Virus record (IMG/VR): IMGVR_UViG_3300042804_000018
Coordinates: 1-39,988 of that record
Source of the DNA: a virus
Taxonomy: Duplodnaviria > Caudoviricetes
DNA length: 39,988 nt
Reading direction: 5' to 3' (one strand)
The notes below the pieces were generated by a model. That model was not told the origin of the DNA. It made no database searches and saw only the letters and a list, made by a program, of their open reading frames with translations. Below are positions 25,406-34,890 of this stretch, in pieces. The translations under genes and the position numbers were made by a program. Positions within the stretch are counted from its first letter, which is position 1; each line of letters begins with the position of its first letter.

Positions 25406-26666
25406 CTTTTGATCCCTCCGTTTCAGCATTGTTTTTACCTGCAAAGGCACCTGCATCGGCAAGCCTGGTCATGTTACCGTTAACAAGATACAGATCTCCG
25501 CCCAACTCCGCCGGAATCCGGTTCATGTCCTCAAGCTCGCGGATATCGTTAGCAGACATCCAGCCGTTCTGGCGAGCTACAGCATAACCATTCATGCGGC
25601 TTGCATAATCACCGCGCAGAAGGCCATCTACATTGAATTTGACAAAGTATGCCCGCTTCTCTGATGGTAAAAGCAGCGCTTTTTGGAGAGCCTGTTCCCA
25701 ACGCACCACCCACGGGTCAAGCGTGTATTTAACAAATTCCAGAGATTGCTGTTCGATGTTTGAAAAGCTTGACTTTTCAAGATCTCCAACCATATGGGGA
25801 GGTACTCGGAATATCCGAGCGATTTCATTTATCTGAAACTTTCTTGTCTCTAAAAACTGTGCCTGTTCGGGTGGAATGCCGATTGGTTGAAACTTCATTC
25901 CCTCTTCCAGAACTGCAATGCGATGAGCATTGGCACTTCCTTGATAAACAGCGTTCCAGCTTTCTCGCACCTTTGCCGGATCCTTTAATACGCCGGGATG
26001 TTCCAGAACGCCACCCGGATTTGCTCCGTTGGCAAAAAAGGATGCACCATACTCCTCACAGGCAATAGCCATGCCTATGGCGTTCTTGGCCATAGCAATA
26101 GGGGAGTATCCAATCAGCCCGTCAAAACCGAGTCCCGGGATGTGAAGAACCTCCTCACTTCGTAGGTATATAAGGCCTGCTTTTGGATTAACCCTGCTCT
26201 CATCGCTGTCGCGCCGATAAGTGTAAAACAGTTCTCCATTTGGAGCCCTGTCTACCGTCATTTTGTTTGGCAAAAGTGGATAAAGCGCCAGCACTCGTCC
26301 GGAACCGTCCCTAATAATTTGAGCGTAAGCATTTCCCCATAAAAGAAGATGACTCATCAGTGTTTCTCGAAACACGAATGAAGTCATCTCAGGGTTTGGT
26401 TCGTCATGGAGTAAATAATAGAGCGGGTGGGTCAACGCTTTTTCTTTGCCACCGTCTTCTTTATAGCGGTACACATGAAGCGGAAGCCCGGCGATGGCTT
26501 CTGCAAGTATCCTTACACAGGCATACACTGCAGTTGTCTGCATAGCAGTCCGCTCATTTACAGTCTTTCCGCTGGATGTGCCGCCGAAGAAAAAGCTATA
26601 TGCATTACCGAACAGGCTGTTTTTCGGCTTATCCCTTGCTTTGAACAAACGGGAAAATACACTCAT
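25344..26666 (-). CDS. Phage portal protein, HK97 family
   Basis: AVYACVRILAEAIAGLPL, LLWGNAY, GYSPI, QFLETRKFQINEIARIFRVPPHMVG. Confidence 0.96.
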   Translation of the reverse strand: MSVFSRLFKARDKPKNSLFGNAYSFFFGGTSSGKTVNERTAMQTTAVYACVRILAEAIAGLPLHVYRYKEDGGKEKALTHPLYYLLHDEPNPEMTSFVFRETLMSHLLLWGNAYAQIIRDGSGRVLALYPLLPNKMTVDRAPNGELFYTYRRDSDESRVNPKAGLIYLRSEEVLHIPGLGFDGLIGYSPIAMAKNAIGMAIACEEYGASFFANGANPGGVLEHPGVLKDPAKVRESWNAVYQGSANAHRIAVLEEGMKFQPIGIPPEQAQFLETRKFQINEIARIFRVPPHMVGDLEKSSFSNIEQQSLEFVKYTLDPWVVRWEQALQKALLLPSEKRAYFVKFNVDGLLRGDYASRMNGYAVARQNGWMSANDIRELEDMNRIPAELGGDLYLVNGNMTRLADAGAFAGKNNAETEGSKVEQITKTKTGSPLLELDTKR

Positions 26667-28267
26667 ATAATCAACAGCCCCCTTTCATCATAAATTGATC
26701 CGTTGTGTTCATCCCCGTCATGCCTTAACGCGCGGTCAAGCGCCATAATTAACGCTACCGCACCATCTATTCTCTCGGTGGATTTTTCTTTATCCGGCTT
26801 AATGTTTCCGGCGGGATCGGTTTTGACATAGATATTGTCCATCATCCACCGCAGTACTGGATTACCACCATGGGCGATGCGTTCTTCCAATGTCAGCTTC
26901 ATCAACTCTTTTGTAGGCGGCGACATATCCTTGAAACCCTGACCGAATGGAACAACCGTAAACCCCAAAGCCTCGAGGTTTTGCGTCATCTGAATTGCGC
27001 CCCAGCGGTCAAAGGCTATTTCCTTAATGTTATATTTCATTCCGAGTTCCTCAATAAAGGTTTCGATAAAGCCATAATGCACGACGTTACCCTCAGTGGT
27101 ATATAAAAAGCCTTGCCTCTCCCAGACATCATAAGGCACATGATCTCTCCGCACACGCTGATCAATATTCTCCTCCGGTATCCAGAAAAAAGGTAGAATC
27201 TGATATTTGTCCGATTCATCAAGCGGTGGAAACACCAGCACAAAGGCGGTAATATCGGTAGTAGATGACAGGTCAAGTCCTCCGTAACAGGTTCTGCCGC
27301 GCAATTTTTCTGCATCAACAGGAAACGCACACTTATCCCATTTATCCATTGGCATCCAGCGCACCGATTGTTTCACCCACTGATTTAAGCGGAGCTGACG
27401 GAATAAATTTTCCTCTGCAGGATTTTGCTTGGCATTTTCACAAGCCACCCTCAATTTTTCGATGTCGACTGTAATGCCCAGTGACGGGTTAACCTTTCTC
27501 CATACCTTTTCACTTGTCCAGTCATCGGTATCGGCTGCGCTGTAGATAACAGGGTAGAAAGTCGGATCTATCTTACGCCCTTGAAGAATATCCTCAGCCT
27601 TTTGATGTACTTCCCAGCAGATGGAATTGCGGTCGGTGCCAGCAGTCGTAATCAGGAAAAATAACGGCTGCTTCCTTGCATCGCCAGATCCGTGAAGCAT
27701 TACATCATAAAGATCCCGGTTTGGCTGGGCATGAAGTTCGTCAAATACCACACCATGGACGTTTAGGCCATGTTTCGTATATGCTTCCGCTGAAAGCACC
27801 TGATAAAAACTGCCTAACGGTTTATATACCAGCCGCTTCTGTGACAACATTGGTTTAATTCGAGATTTTAATGCCGGACACTGTTCCACCATATCTACTG
27901 CAACGTCGAAAACTATGGATGCCTGCTGACGATCAGACGCACATCCGTAAACCTCGCCGCCATGCTCGAAATCACCGCAGGTAAGATATAAAGCAATTGC
28001 CGCTGCAAGTTCGCTCTTACCCTGCTTTTTTGGAATTTCTATATAGGCAGTGTTAAACTGCCTGTATCCATTAGGTTTCAAGATTCCGAATATGTCCCGG
28101 ACAATCTGTTCCTGCCAGTCAATTAATTCAAAAGGCATTCCATACCATTCACCCTTGGTATGCTTCAGGCAGTTTATAAAAGTAACAGCGGCATCCGCCG
28201 CTTCCTTGTCATATCGAGAACCTTCCGCCATAAACTTTGTTGGTTTATACCGTTTTAACTTCCGCAG
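26663..28267 (-). CDS. terL: Phage terminase large subunit
   Basis: EIPKKQGKSE Walker A, VVFDELH Walker B, ITTAG, GGLDLS nuclease, RIDGAVALIMA; proposed CTG start at 28267 (first ATG 28231). Confidence 0.96.
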   Translation of the reverse strand: MRKLKRYKPTKFMAEGSRYDKEAADAAVTFINCLKHTKGEWYGMPFELIDWQEQIVRDIFGILKPNGYRQFNTAYIEIPKKQGKSELAAAIALYLTCGDFEHGGEVYGCASDRQQASIVFDVAVDMVEQCPALKSRIKPMLSQKRLVYKPLGSFYQVLSAEAYTKHGLNVHGVVFDELHAQPNRDLYDVMLHGSGDARKQPLFFLITTAGTDRNSICWEVHQKAEDILQGRKIDPTFYPVIYSAADTDDWTSEKVWRKVNPSLGITVDIEKLRVACENAKQNPAEENLFRQLRLNQWVKQSVRWMPMDKWDKCAFPVDAEKLRGRTCYGGLDLSSTTDITAFVLVFPPLDESDKYQILPFFWIPEENIDQRVRRDHVPYDVWERQGFLYTTEGNVVHYGFIETFIEELGMKYNIKEIAFDRWGAIQMTQNLEALGFTVVPFGQGFKDMSPPTKELMKLTLEERIAHGGNPVLRWMMDNIYVKTDPAGNIKPDKEKSTERIDGAVALIMALDRALRHDGDEHNGSIYDERGLLII

Positions 28268-28369
28268 CTTTGCCGCCTCCTTTCCTAAAATTGAGCAAGA
28301 AAAAAGGAACCTCAGGGATGAAGTTCCTCTCGTTAGTGGATTTCTATGAAGCCTGTTACGTTATTACTG

Positions 28370-28564
28370 TTATCGTTTGCCTGTCAGGATAAACTCGGCA
28401 TATTCTTTCTTGTGTTCATTAAGAAATACCACCAATTCATAAAAACCATTTTTGTATGCCGCCTCCTGCACTCTTGGCAAGTCAAACATATTGCAGACAC
28501 CGCTGTCCCGTATGACAATTATCTGCCGGTAAATCTTATCAGTTATCAGATTCTCGTTACCCAT
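28370..28564 (-). CDS. DUF5049-like phage protein, copy 1
   Basis: QIIVIRDSGVCNMFDLPRVQEAA...YAEFILTG. Confidence 0.8.
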   Translation of the reverse strand: MGNENLITDKIYRQIIVIRDSGVCNMFDLPRVQEAAYKNGFYELVVFLNEHKKEYAEFILTGKR

Positions 28565-28567
28565 GTC

Positions 28568-29035
28568 CTACACCTCAGACTTCTCTGCCGCTGAATCTGA
28601 ATCGCGTACCGCTTTATTGAGAACTGAAATATCAAAACCCGCGTCTATATATCCCTGCCGAATCACCTCGTAATAGTAACGGCTCGGTGCTCCCAGTGGT
28701 CTGCCTTCATTCATGATATACACCATTGCGGACACCCACTGTCCTTTGAAACGCACCTTAACCGTTTCTTTCCGGTATAAAAGCGGATAGCCTTCATATC
28801 GGTCCAGCGCTTCCTCGTCATTAGGCATGATTCTCCAAAGCAGTACCGGTACACTTTCACCTTTTTGTTTTTCTATTGTCGCTACTGCGCCGCCGTTCCC
28901 ACCTCGGAACAGCAACCGATAGCCTGTGAGTTTTGCACTCCCCAGCACCTTTGCCGTCGGGCAGCGGTATGCCATCTGCTTCAAATTCAGGTTGCTGCCG
29001 TATGCTAAATATATTGTTCCTTTTTCTTTGCTCAT
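28568..29035 (-). CDS. Gamma-glutamylcyclotransferase (AIG2-like) family protein
   Basis: YLAYGSNLN and LDRYEGYP motifs; adjacent to amidoligase. Confidence 0.9.
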   Translation of the reverse strand: MSKEKGTIYLAYGSNLNLKQMAYRCPTAKVLGSAKLTGYRLLFRGGNGGAVATIEKQKGESVPVLLWRIMPNDEEALDRYEGYPLLYRKETVKVRFKGQWVSAMVYIMNEGRPLGAPSRYYYEVIRQGYIDAGFDISVLNKAVRDSDSAAEKSEV

Positions 29036-29098
29036 AGTATCATCCTCCTTGTGTTTACCGCAGGCAGGGGCGGCTCTCCGCCCCCAGCGTCCGGTTAT

Positions 29099-29998
29099 CT
29101 ATGCTGCCCAAAACCGCCATGCCGCGTTTCCATCGAGGTGTTTGCAAAGGTGCTCCCGGCAGTTTTTGAACTCGTCGCCGATAAGCCCTATGCGGTTGAG
29201 GTATGTCCGCATGGCAAACTTCTCGTTTTCAACTTGCGGCTTTTTGCTGGAAGCGCATTTTTGTGTTAACGCCTGATGGTTTAGGGCCAATGCAAGCACT
29301 ATGTAGCTTCTGATTTTCCCCGCATGAAGTTCACTGTTAAAGCCTCGAAGCTCAATCGTCCCGTTGCCATTGAAAAAACTGTGCAGGTTCAAAAAATGGT
29401 ACCTGCTGTTGTGGTAATGGGTACTTCTGCTTTCGCTGTAACCTTCGTACCATATACTTTCAATCGCCGCCATGGTTTTGGGCTTACGCCGGTTCATCTT
29501 CTCAACCAGTGCTGCATCCATCTTTTTGCAAAACCGCATCCTGTCCGGTGCAATCTGCAATGCCTTATAGAAAAGGTCATTCTTGCTGGCGATAATGTTA
29601 ATATAATTACGGATGCTTCGCGGTGTGTGGTCTGCACCGTCTATATGGATATGAATTCCACAGCTTGTGTTTACAAAACCTCCAGCCTTGCGAAGCCTCC
29701 TTATCAATTCCTGCAGGGTTTCAATGTCCTCGCGGTATGTCAGTATCGGGCTTACCAACTCGACGCTATATTCCCGGCCAGCCGCCACAATCCTGCCGTT
29801 TTCCTTTTTCTGAGTCCGGATGCTCCCGTCGCTCATGAATTTCCATATCCGTCCATCCGGTGCAATAACCTTTTGGGTATCGTAATAATCTCCGCTGGAT
29901 TCAACCCTCCCTCCAAGAAAAGCTGCTGCAGTTTTTGCCGCTTGTTTTCTTGTCATCCCCGTCAATTCTACCTCGATTCCAAATCTCGTTGTAAGCAT
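29099..29998 (-). CDS. Putative amidoligase (COOH-NH2 ligase family)
   Basis: FGIEVE, SDGSI, VELVSPIL, SCGIHIHI, RYHFLNL, GTIELR; start moved to ATG 29998. Confidence 0.9.
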   Translation of the reverse strand: MLTTRFGIEVELTGMTRKQAAKTAAAFLGGRVESSGDYYDTQKVIAPDGRIWKFMSDGSIRTQKKENGRIVAAGREYSVELVSPILTYREDIETLQELIRRLRKAGGFVNTSCGIHIHIDGADHTPRSIRNYINIIASKNDLFYKALQIAPDRMRFCKKMDAALVEKMNRRKPKTMAAIESIWYEGYSESRSTHYHNSRYHFLNLHSFFNGNGTIELRGFNSELHAGKIRSYIVLALALNHQALTQKCASSKKPQVENEKFAMRTYLNRIGLIGDEFKNCREHLCKHLDGNAAWRFWAA

Positions 29999-30043
29999 TG
30001 CGCTTTCTCCTCGCTTTCTCTGTGTTTTTTGCCCTTTGGCAGT

Positions 30044-30078
30044 GTACATTAGGCCATTGAAAACACAGGATAGCAAGG
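30044..30078 (-). promoter_or_regulatory. Repeated promoter-like motif, copy 1
   Basis: Minus strand CCTTGCT-N20-TAATGTAC upstream of amidoligase. Confidence 0.55.
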
Positions 30079-30139
30079 CAATTCTGCGTGAGTTTCCACT
30101 GGATTTTGAACAATTTTACACATCTTGAATTGTGTACAT

Positions 30140-30370
30140 TTACAGCTTTCTGATCACATCTATACCATAGGCTACACCCAAAGAAGAACCGCAGTCCCAG
30201 TTGATATGAACAGTTCCGATATCATCCACGAAAGATACTGTTCCTTGGTCTCCCGGTTTCAGCTTAGAATACGGATCATCCATACAGATAAGCTCAACAC
30301 GTGTACCCGGCGGATACTGCTCTTTAATGCGAAGGACTGTTTCTTTTGAAGGGAAGCCCCTTGCACTCAT
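30140..30370 (-). CDS. DUF4314 domain protein
   Basis: YPPGTRVELICMDDPY...GTVSFVDDIGTVHINWDCGSSLGVAYGID. Confidence 0.88.
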   Translation of the reverse strand: MSARGFPSKETVLRIKEQYPPGTRVELICMDDPYSKLKPGDQGTVSFVDDIGTVHINWDCGSSLGVAYGIDVIRKL

Positions 30371-30702
30371 AGTTCGTCCTCCTCTCCAGAATAATATGCG
30401 GCATACTTTGGGTAATCTCTACCATCCGGCATTACCAACACTCCATCAGACCGTCCCCGCTGCTTAACCAGCAGGCAACGCCACACTCCATCCTCATTAA
30501 CGTGACAAAGCCCTTTATTTTCCTCAATGAAAATGCGATCAACACATAGGTCGGCAACGAAGTTATCATAATCAATCTTTGATAGCTCGATAGTTTTTAC
30601 AACTACAAATCGTTTTCTCGTCTCATACCGATGCGGCACTTTTAAATCCTCTATTCTAAACGGATGCTTGACAAAGAAGGCGGTGCTATGAAAATCATTC
30701 AT
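30367..30702 (-). CDS. Phage hypothetical protein (DUF6329-like)
   Basis: TIELSKIDYDNF...DGVWRCLLV...DGVLVMPDGRDYPKYAAY; start moved to ATG 30702, coupled to upstream gene. Confidence 0.7.
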   Translation of the reverse strand: MNDFHSTAFFVKHPFRIEDLKVPHRYETRKRFVVVKTIELSKIDYDNFVADLCVDRIFIEENKGLCHVNEDGVWRCLLVKQRGRSDGVLVMPDGRDYPKYAAYYSGEEDEL

Positions 30703-31387
30703 TTTCGTCCACCGCCTTTGCTCTGCCTTTCCGATACGCCCCGTTACCGGACAGCCTTGAAAGTAACACCTTGCGTTCAGTTTTGAAGTTATCACCTATA
30801 AACCCCAACCTAAGCAGGAAACAGCGAAAAGCATATTTTTCATTATCTGTTGGTTTTTCTTTTCGTAGTACTCGCTTCTGTAATTTTGCCTGTTCTGCCA
30901 TCTGCTTTGCCAGCGTTATATATGTCTGCACCTCATCGGCATTTAGGGTCGCGTTCCAGAAAGAGAAGGAAATCTCATCATTTTCAGTTAATACTTCAAG
31001 TTCCCGTTCAATCGACATCGCTTTCTTTATCAATGTCTCTTTGCTGGCCAGCATATTATTTAGGTTTTCAAGGCTAATCGCGCTAAAGCCCTCCAACGAA
31101 AGAGTAATTGTCATGGTCCCCTCTGCTGAAAAGCCCTCCACATTCAACGTGTCAATAACAGGACGGATGCTTTTTATTTCATCAAGACTGATTTTCGGCG
31201 AGTGAACCACACTGTCCCTGCCAACCGTCCATCTGTCAGCAGATTTCTCGTCGTTAACCTCATACATAAACCCTGGGGCTCCAGTATAACGCACCTGGCC
31301 TTCAAGGACTTCAGCTATGACTGAAGCAATAGTTTTTCTCTCCTGACCGACAACCTTCTGTGAAAAGCGAAAGCTGTTATCGTTCAT
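30695..31387 (-). CDS. Phage protein of the so-called virulence-related family
   Basis: ERKTIASVIAEVL...YTGAPGFMYEV; NEKYAFRCFLLRLGFIG...RKVLLSRLSGNGAYR. Confidence 0.8.
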   Translation of the reverse strand: MNDNSFRFSQKVVGQERKTIASVIAEVLEGQVRYTGAPGFMYEVNDEKSADRWTVGRDSVVHSPKISLDEIKSIRPVIDTLNVEGFSAEGTMTITLSLEGFSAISLENLNNMLASKETLIKKAMSIERELEVLTENDEISFSFWNATLNADEVQTYITLAKQMAEQAKLQKRVLRKEKPTDNEKYAFRCFLLRLGFIGDNFKTERKVLLSRLSGNGAYRKGRAKAVDENE

Positions 31388-31462
31388 GCCATACACCTCC
31401 CCTCAAACAAGCTAATACATTTCTGATTCCCATAAAAAATCCCACCTTTCCTTTTTGGTGGG

Positions 31463-31497
31463 GTACATTAACGCTCTATTTTGAGGGGAAAGCAAGG
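31463..31497 (-). promoter_or_regulatory. Repeated promoter-like motif, copy 2
   Basis: Minus strand CCTTGCT-N20-TAATGTAC, same spacing as copy 1. Confidence 0.55.
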
Positions 31498-31503
31498 ACA
31501 TTT

Positions 31504-32757
31504 TTAAGCAATCTGTGTTTCCGCATAAGGTATTTTTTCGCTACCTGACAGCAGGAATACTGAGTCTGTTCCGAATTGTGAAACATAGCGCTTTACAATT
31601 ACATCGCAGTATTTCGGGTCAAGCTCCATCATAAAACAAACCCGCCCGGTCTGCTGCGCCGCAATTAGTGTCGTACCGGATCCACCGAACAGGTCAAGGG
31701 CTAAATCTCCAGTATGGGAACTGTTGAGCATTGCCTTTGCTACAAGCGAAACCGGCTTCATGGTGGGGTGCTCCTCCGATACTTTAGGGCGGGGTATCTC
31801 CCAAACATCTGACTGTTTACGGTCTTTAAGCGGGCAAAGACGTGTCCCTTCAAGCCAGCCATACCAGATCGGCTCATACTGAGTATGATAGTCCTTTCTG
31901 GAGAGTACCAGGCTGTCCTTTTTCCATATAATTGTACTTGACCATTGATACCCTACCTCACGCATGACGTTCATCAAACTGCCCCATTCCTGAGCACTCA
32001 TTACCACATAGGTCATGCATCCGGCTTCAGAAACCTCCTTCATGCAATTAAAAGCGCGCAATAAAAAAGCGCCGAATTCTTCGGTGCTCATCTTGTCATT
32101 TAGAATTTGTCTTGGCTTCCAGCTTGGATGCCTGGTATCCGAACCGTAATCAACATTCCAGGGTGGGTCTGTGAAAATAAACCTCGCCTTTTGTCCGTTC
32201 ATCAGCTTTTGCACATCTGAAAGCATGGTGCTATCACCGCACATCAGACGGTGGCTGCCAAGTACCCATATGTCGCCCTTTTTGGTAACCGGAATTTTAA
32301 TCTCTGCAATTGCCTTTTCTGTATCGAAATTATCCTCTTTGACATTAGCGGCTGTTTTATCACGGAACAACTCATCAATTTCCGCAGCATCAAACCCGGT
32401 AAGAGAAACGTCAAAACCATCTTCATTTAAATCCATAAGCAGATCGGTCAAAAGCGGAATATCAAACTCGCCACTGATTTTATTCAGCGCGACATTGAGC
32501 GCCTTTTCCCGCTGTTCATCCAAATCAACTACAACACAGTCGATCTCCTTATACCCCAAAGCTGTAAGTACTTTATAACGCTGATGTCCGCCGACAATAT
32601 TCCCGGTGCGTTTATTCCATATAACCGGCTCTACATATCCAAACTCTTCAATGGATCGGCGGAGTTTCTCGTATTCAGGATCGCCCGGTTTTAAGTCCTT
32701 CCGCGGGTTATATTTCGAAGGTTTTAATTTTTCTGCTGGTATTTTCAGTATATCCAT
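31504..32757 (-). CDS. ParB-like N-terminal domain plus N6/N4 DNA methyltransferase (DPPW)
   Basis: YNPRKDL...GGHQRY; HRLMCGDST, FTDPPWNV, HPTMKPV, DLFGGSGTT. Confidence 0.92.
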   Translation of the reverse strand: MDILKIPAEKLKPSKYNPRKDLKPGDPEYEKLRRSIEEFGYVEPVIWNKRTGNIVGGHQRYKVLTALGYKEIDCVVVDLDEQREKALNVALNKISGEFDIPLLTDLLMDLNEDGFDVSLTGFDAAEIDELFRDKTAANVKEDNFDTEKAIAEIKIPVTKKGDIWVLGSHRLMCGDSTMLSDVQKLMNGQKARFIFTDPPWNVDYGSDTRHPSWKPRQILNDKMSTEEFGAFLLRAFNCMKEVSEAGCMTYVVMSAQEWGSLMNVMREVGYQWSSTIIWKKDSLVLSRKDYHTQYEPIWYGWLEGTRLCPLKDRKQSDVWEIPRPKVSEEHPTMKPVSLVAKAMLNSSHTGDLALDLFGGSGTTLIAAQQTGRVCFMMELDPKYCDVIVKRYVSQFGTDSVFLLSGSEKIPYAETQIA

Positions 32758-32762
32758 AAATC

Positions 32763-34061
32763 TTAACCCTCCAGTTTGACGGCTTTTTCGCCGGTGAATT
32801 CCTCCCAGCGCTTAACAGCTAAATCACAGTAAACAGGGGATAACTCCATTGCGTAGCATTTACGCTCGGTCTGTTCAGCCGCAATTATAGTAGTTCCGCT
32901 ACCAGAGAACGGCTCAAGCACAATACCGCCTTTGTCGCTGTGCATTTTGATGCACCGCCATGGAAGCTCCACAGGGAACATGGCGGGGTGCTCCTTGTTT
33001 GCCCGGACAGTCGTCATCTCCCATATGCCGGCATAGCCCCATTTCTTGCGTTCTTCCTTTGTAAGCCGTTTCACAAATTTATAACTGTGTCCCGCAAAGG
33101 CTGAAAGCCATACATATTCCTGATCGTTATATTCCTCAACTTCTCCTTTATTGCTGAAGGCTGAAATATACTCATACTGCTGAACCGGCTTGTTTGAAAC
33201 AAGATGATAAGGTCCTACACCGAAATTTTGCCCTTGTTTCTTCCAAATGCGGATCCAGATAGGGCGGTAACCGTTGTCCAAGAACATATTCACGCTGTAA
33301 ACACTGGTGGGTTCAATAAACTGAGAGCCGGTAGCATAGAGATCACCTAAGTTCCAGCAGACAATATCTGCATACCTGCACAGGTTTCTAATCACTGGGC
33401 GTACTGTCTCGAACCATGGCTCAATCCCGGCTTTTTCATATTCTTTGCCTACCCCATATGGAGGGGAAGTCACTGCCATCTGTGCGTGACACCCTTCCAT
33501 CAACTTCTCAAAATCCTCATCCTTAGTAGAGTCGCCGCACATCAAGCGATGATTCCCGAGAAGCCAGATATCGCCCCGCTTCGTTACAGGCTCGCGCTGC
33601 ACGATTTCCTCATGCGCTTTATCTATGTCAAAGCTGTCTTGTACCGCCTCTTTGGAGTACCATCGGTTAAGTAGTTCGTCTATTTCAGAGGCGTCAAACC
33701 CTGTAAGCGAAACATCAAATGCACCTGCGTCCAACTCAGCCATTAGCTCGGCCAGTTTATTCTCGTCCCACTCTCCTTGAATCTTATTGAGAGCAAGATT
33801 AAGCGCTTTTTCTCTCTGCGGGTCAAGATCCACTACAACGCAGTCTATCTCAGTCTGTCCCAAGTCCAGCAAAACCTTTAAGCGTTGATGCCCGCCTACC
33901 ACATTGCCCGTCTTTTGGTTCCAGATAACAGGCTCCACATAGCCAAATTCCTCTATTGACCGTTTTAGCTTTTCATATTCCTTATCGCCAGGTTTTAAAT
34001 CCTTGCGCGGGTTGTATGCTGCTGGATTAAGTTTTTCAACAGATATTTTTTGTATGTTCAT
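32763..34061 (-). CDS. ParB-like N-terminal domain plus N4/N6 DNA methyltransferase (SPPY)
   Basis: YNPRKDL...GGHQRL; VTSPPY, HPAMFPVELP, EPFSGSGTT. Confidence 0.92.
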   Translation of the reverse strand: MNIQKISVEKLNPAAYNPRKDLKPGDKEYEKLKRSIEEFGYVEPVIWNQKTGNVVGGHQRLKVLLDLGQTEIDCVVVDLDPQREKALNLALNKIQGEWDENKLAELMAELDAGAFDVSLTGFDASEIDELLNRWYSKEAVQDSFDIDKAHEEIVQREPVTKRGDIWLLGNHRLMCGDSTKDEDFEKLMEGCHAQMAVTSPPYGVGKEYEKAGIEPWFETVRPVIRNLCRYADIVCWNLGDLYATGSQFIEPTSVYSVNMFLDNGYRPIWIRIWKKQGQNFGVGPYHLVSNKPVQQYEYISAFSNKGEVEEYNDQEYVWLSAFAGHSYKFVKRLTKEERKKWGYAGIWEMTTVRANKEHPAMFPVELPWRCIKMHSDKGGIVLEPFSGSGTTIIAAEQTERKCYAMELSPVYCDLAVKRWEEFTGEKAVKLEG

Positions 34062-34218
34062 ACTGCATTCTCCTGTTCAATATTTTCTTAAGACCCTTTT
34101 TTGCGCCCTCACAATCTCCGTTTATTACTTGTCCCCGCAGAGTCTTAAACTGCTGCTTCGTTAAATGGTCTTTATATTTTCTTAGTTCCCTAAGAAAGAT
34201 TGAATTTGTTTTATGCAT
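34036..34218 (-). CDS. Small phage hypothetical protein
   Basis: LTKQQFKTLRGQVINGDCEGAKKGLKKIL; coupled to terS stop. Confidence 0.75.
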   Translation of the reverse strand: MHKTNSIFLRELRKYKDHLTKQQFKTLRGQVINGDCEGAKKGLKKILNRRMQYEHTKNIC

Positions 34219-34769
34219 CAGCCACCCCTCCTGGCTGTCAGTAGTTTTTCCATAACATCATCGTGGGGAGTGGCCCCCTTGTATTCGGTAGCACAGTTTT
34301 CCCGCACGACTTGATAAATTTGATACCACAGGTTATTGGCCTGTTTCATAAAGCTTTGACTCATAGCCACATAAGGTGACGGGATGGCATTGCCAGTTGT
34401 CGGATGCTTAGCAAGAAAGCCAAATTCAGTGATACATTCCTCGCACTGGATCCACCGCGCCACACTCTGGGCATATTGCTCTATAAGCTGCGCAGAGATA
34501 AGGTGAACACACCTGCGTTCCTTAAGCCACTGCCATGTTTTTTCGTATATTTCCACCGCCAGTGTTGTTTTTCCGTTCTTCTGCTTTGCAGCAAGATAAT
34601 CCCTCGGTGGCGGCATGCTCTCTCCTTCCAGTTCCGCAACATCCGTAAACTCCATTACCATGAGCTTTCGTCTGCCGGGATTTCCTTCCAAAATCTTATC
34701 CGCCAGAGGTTTTTTCTTCTGTCCTGCACCGATACGTGCCCCGCCGCGGTTGGTACCGTCCTTTGCCAT
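34218..34769 (-). CDS. terS: Phage terminase small subunit, P27 family
   Basis: MAKDGTNRGGARIGAG, GNPGRRKL, QYAQSVARWIQCEE, SPYVAM; follows HNH gene. Confidence 0.85.
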   Translation of the reverse strand: MAKDGTNRGGARIGAGQKKKPLADKILEGNPGRRKLMVMEFTDVAELEGESMPPPRDYLAAKQKNGKTTLAVEIYEKTWQWLKERRCVHLISAQLIEQYAQSVARWIQCEECITEFGFLAKHPTTGNAIPSPYVAMSQSFMKQANNLWYQIYQVVRENCATEYKGATPHDDVMEKLLTARRGG

Positions 34770-34789
34770 ACACATCACCTCGATTCATG

Positions 34790-34890
34790 TAAAAATAAAC
34801 AGGGGATATACCCCGTTTGAAACTGCGATTTTTCGCGCGTGACCCCCCGCCCGTTGCACAAAACTACTCCGCCAGAGATTTTGACCCCCC
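34790..34890. other. Probable cos/packaging initiation region
   Basis: GC-rich HNH-terS spacer with two GACCCCCC tracts (34841, 34883) and GGGGATATACCCC hairpin; usual position for cos. Confidence 0.5.

Noticed and set aside
29324-30052. 242-aa plus-strand ORF
   Set aside because: Antisense shadow of the amidoligase with no recognisable motifs; the same applies to the other short ORFs overlapping clear genes
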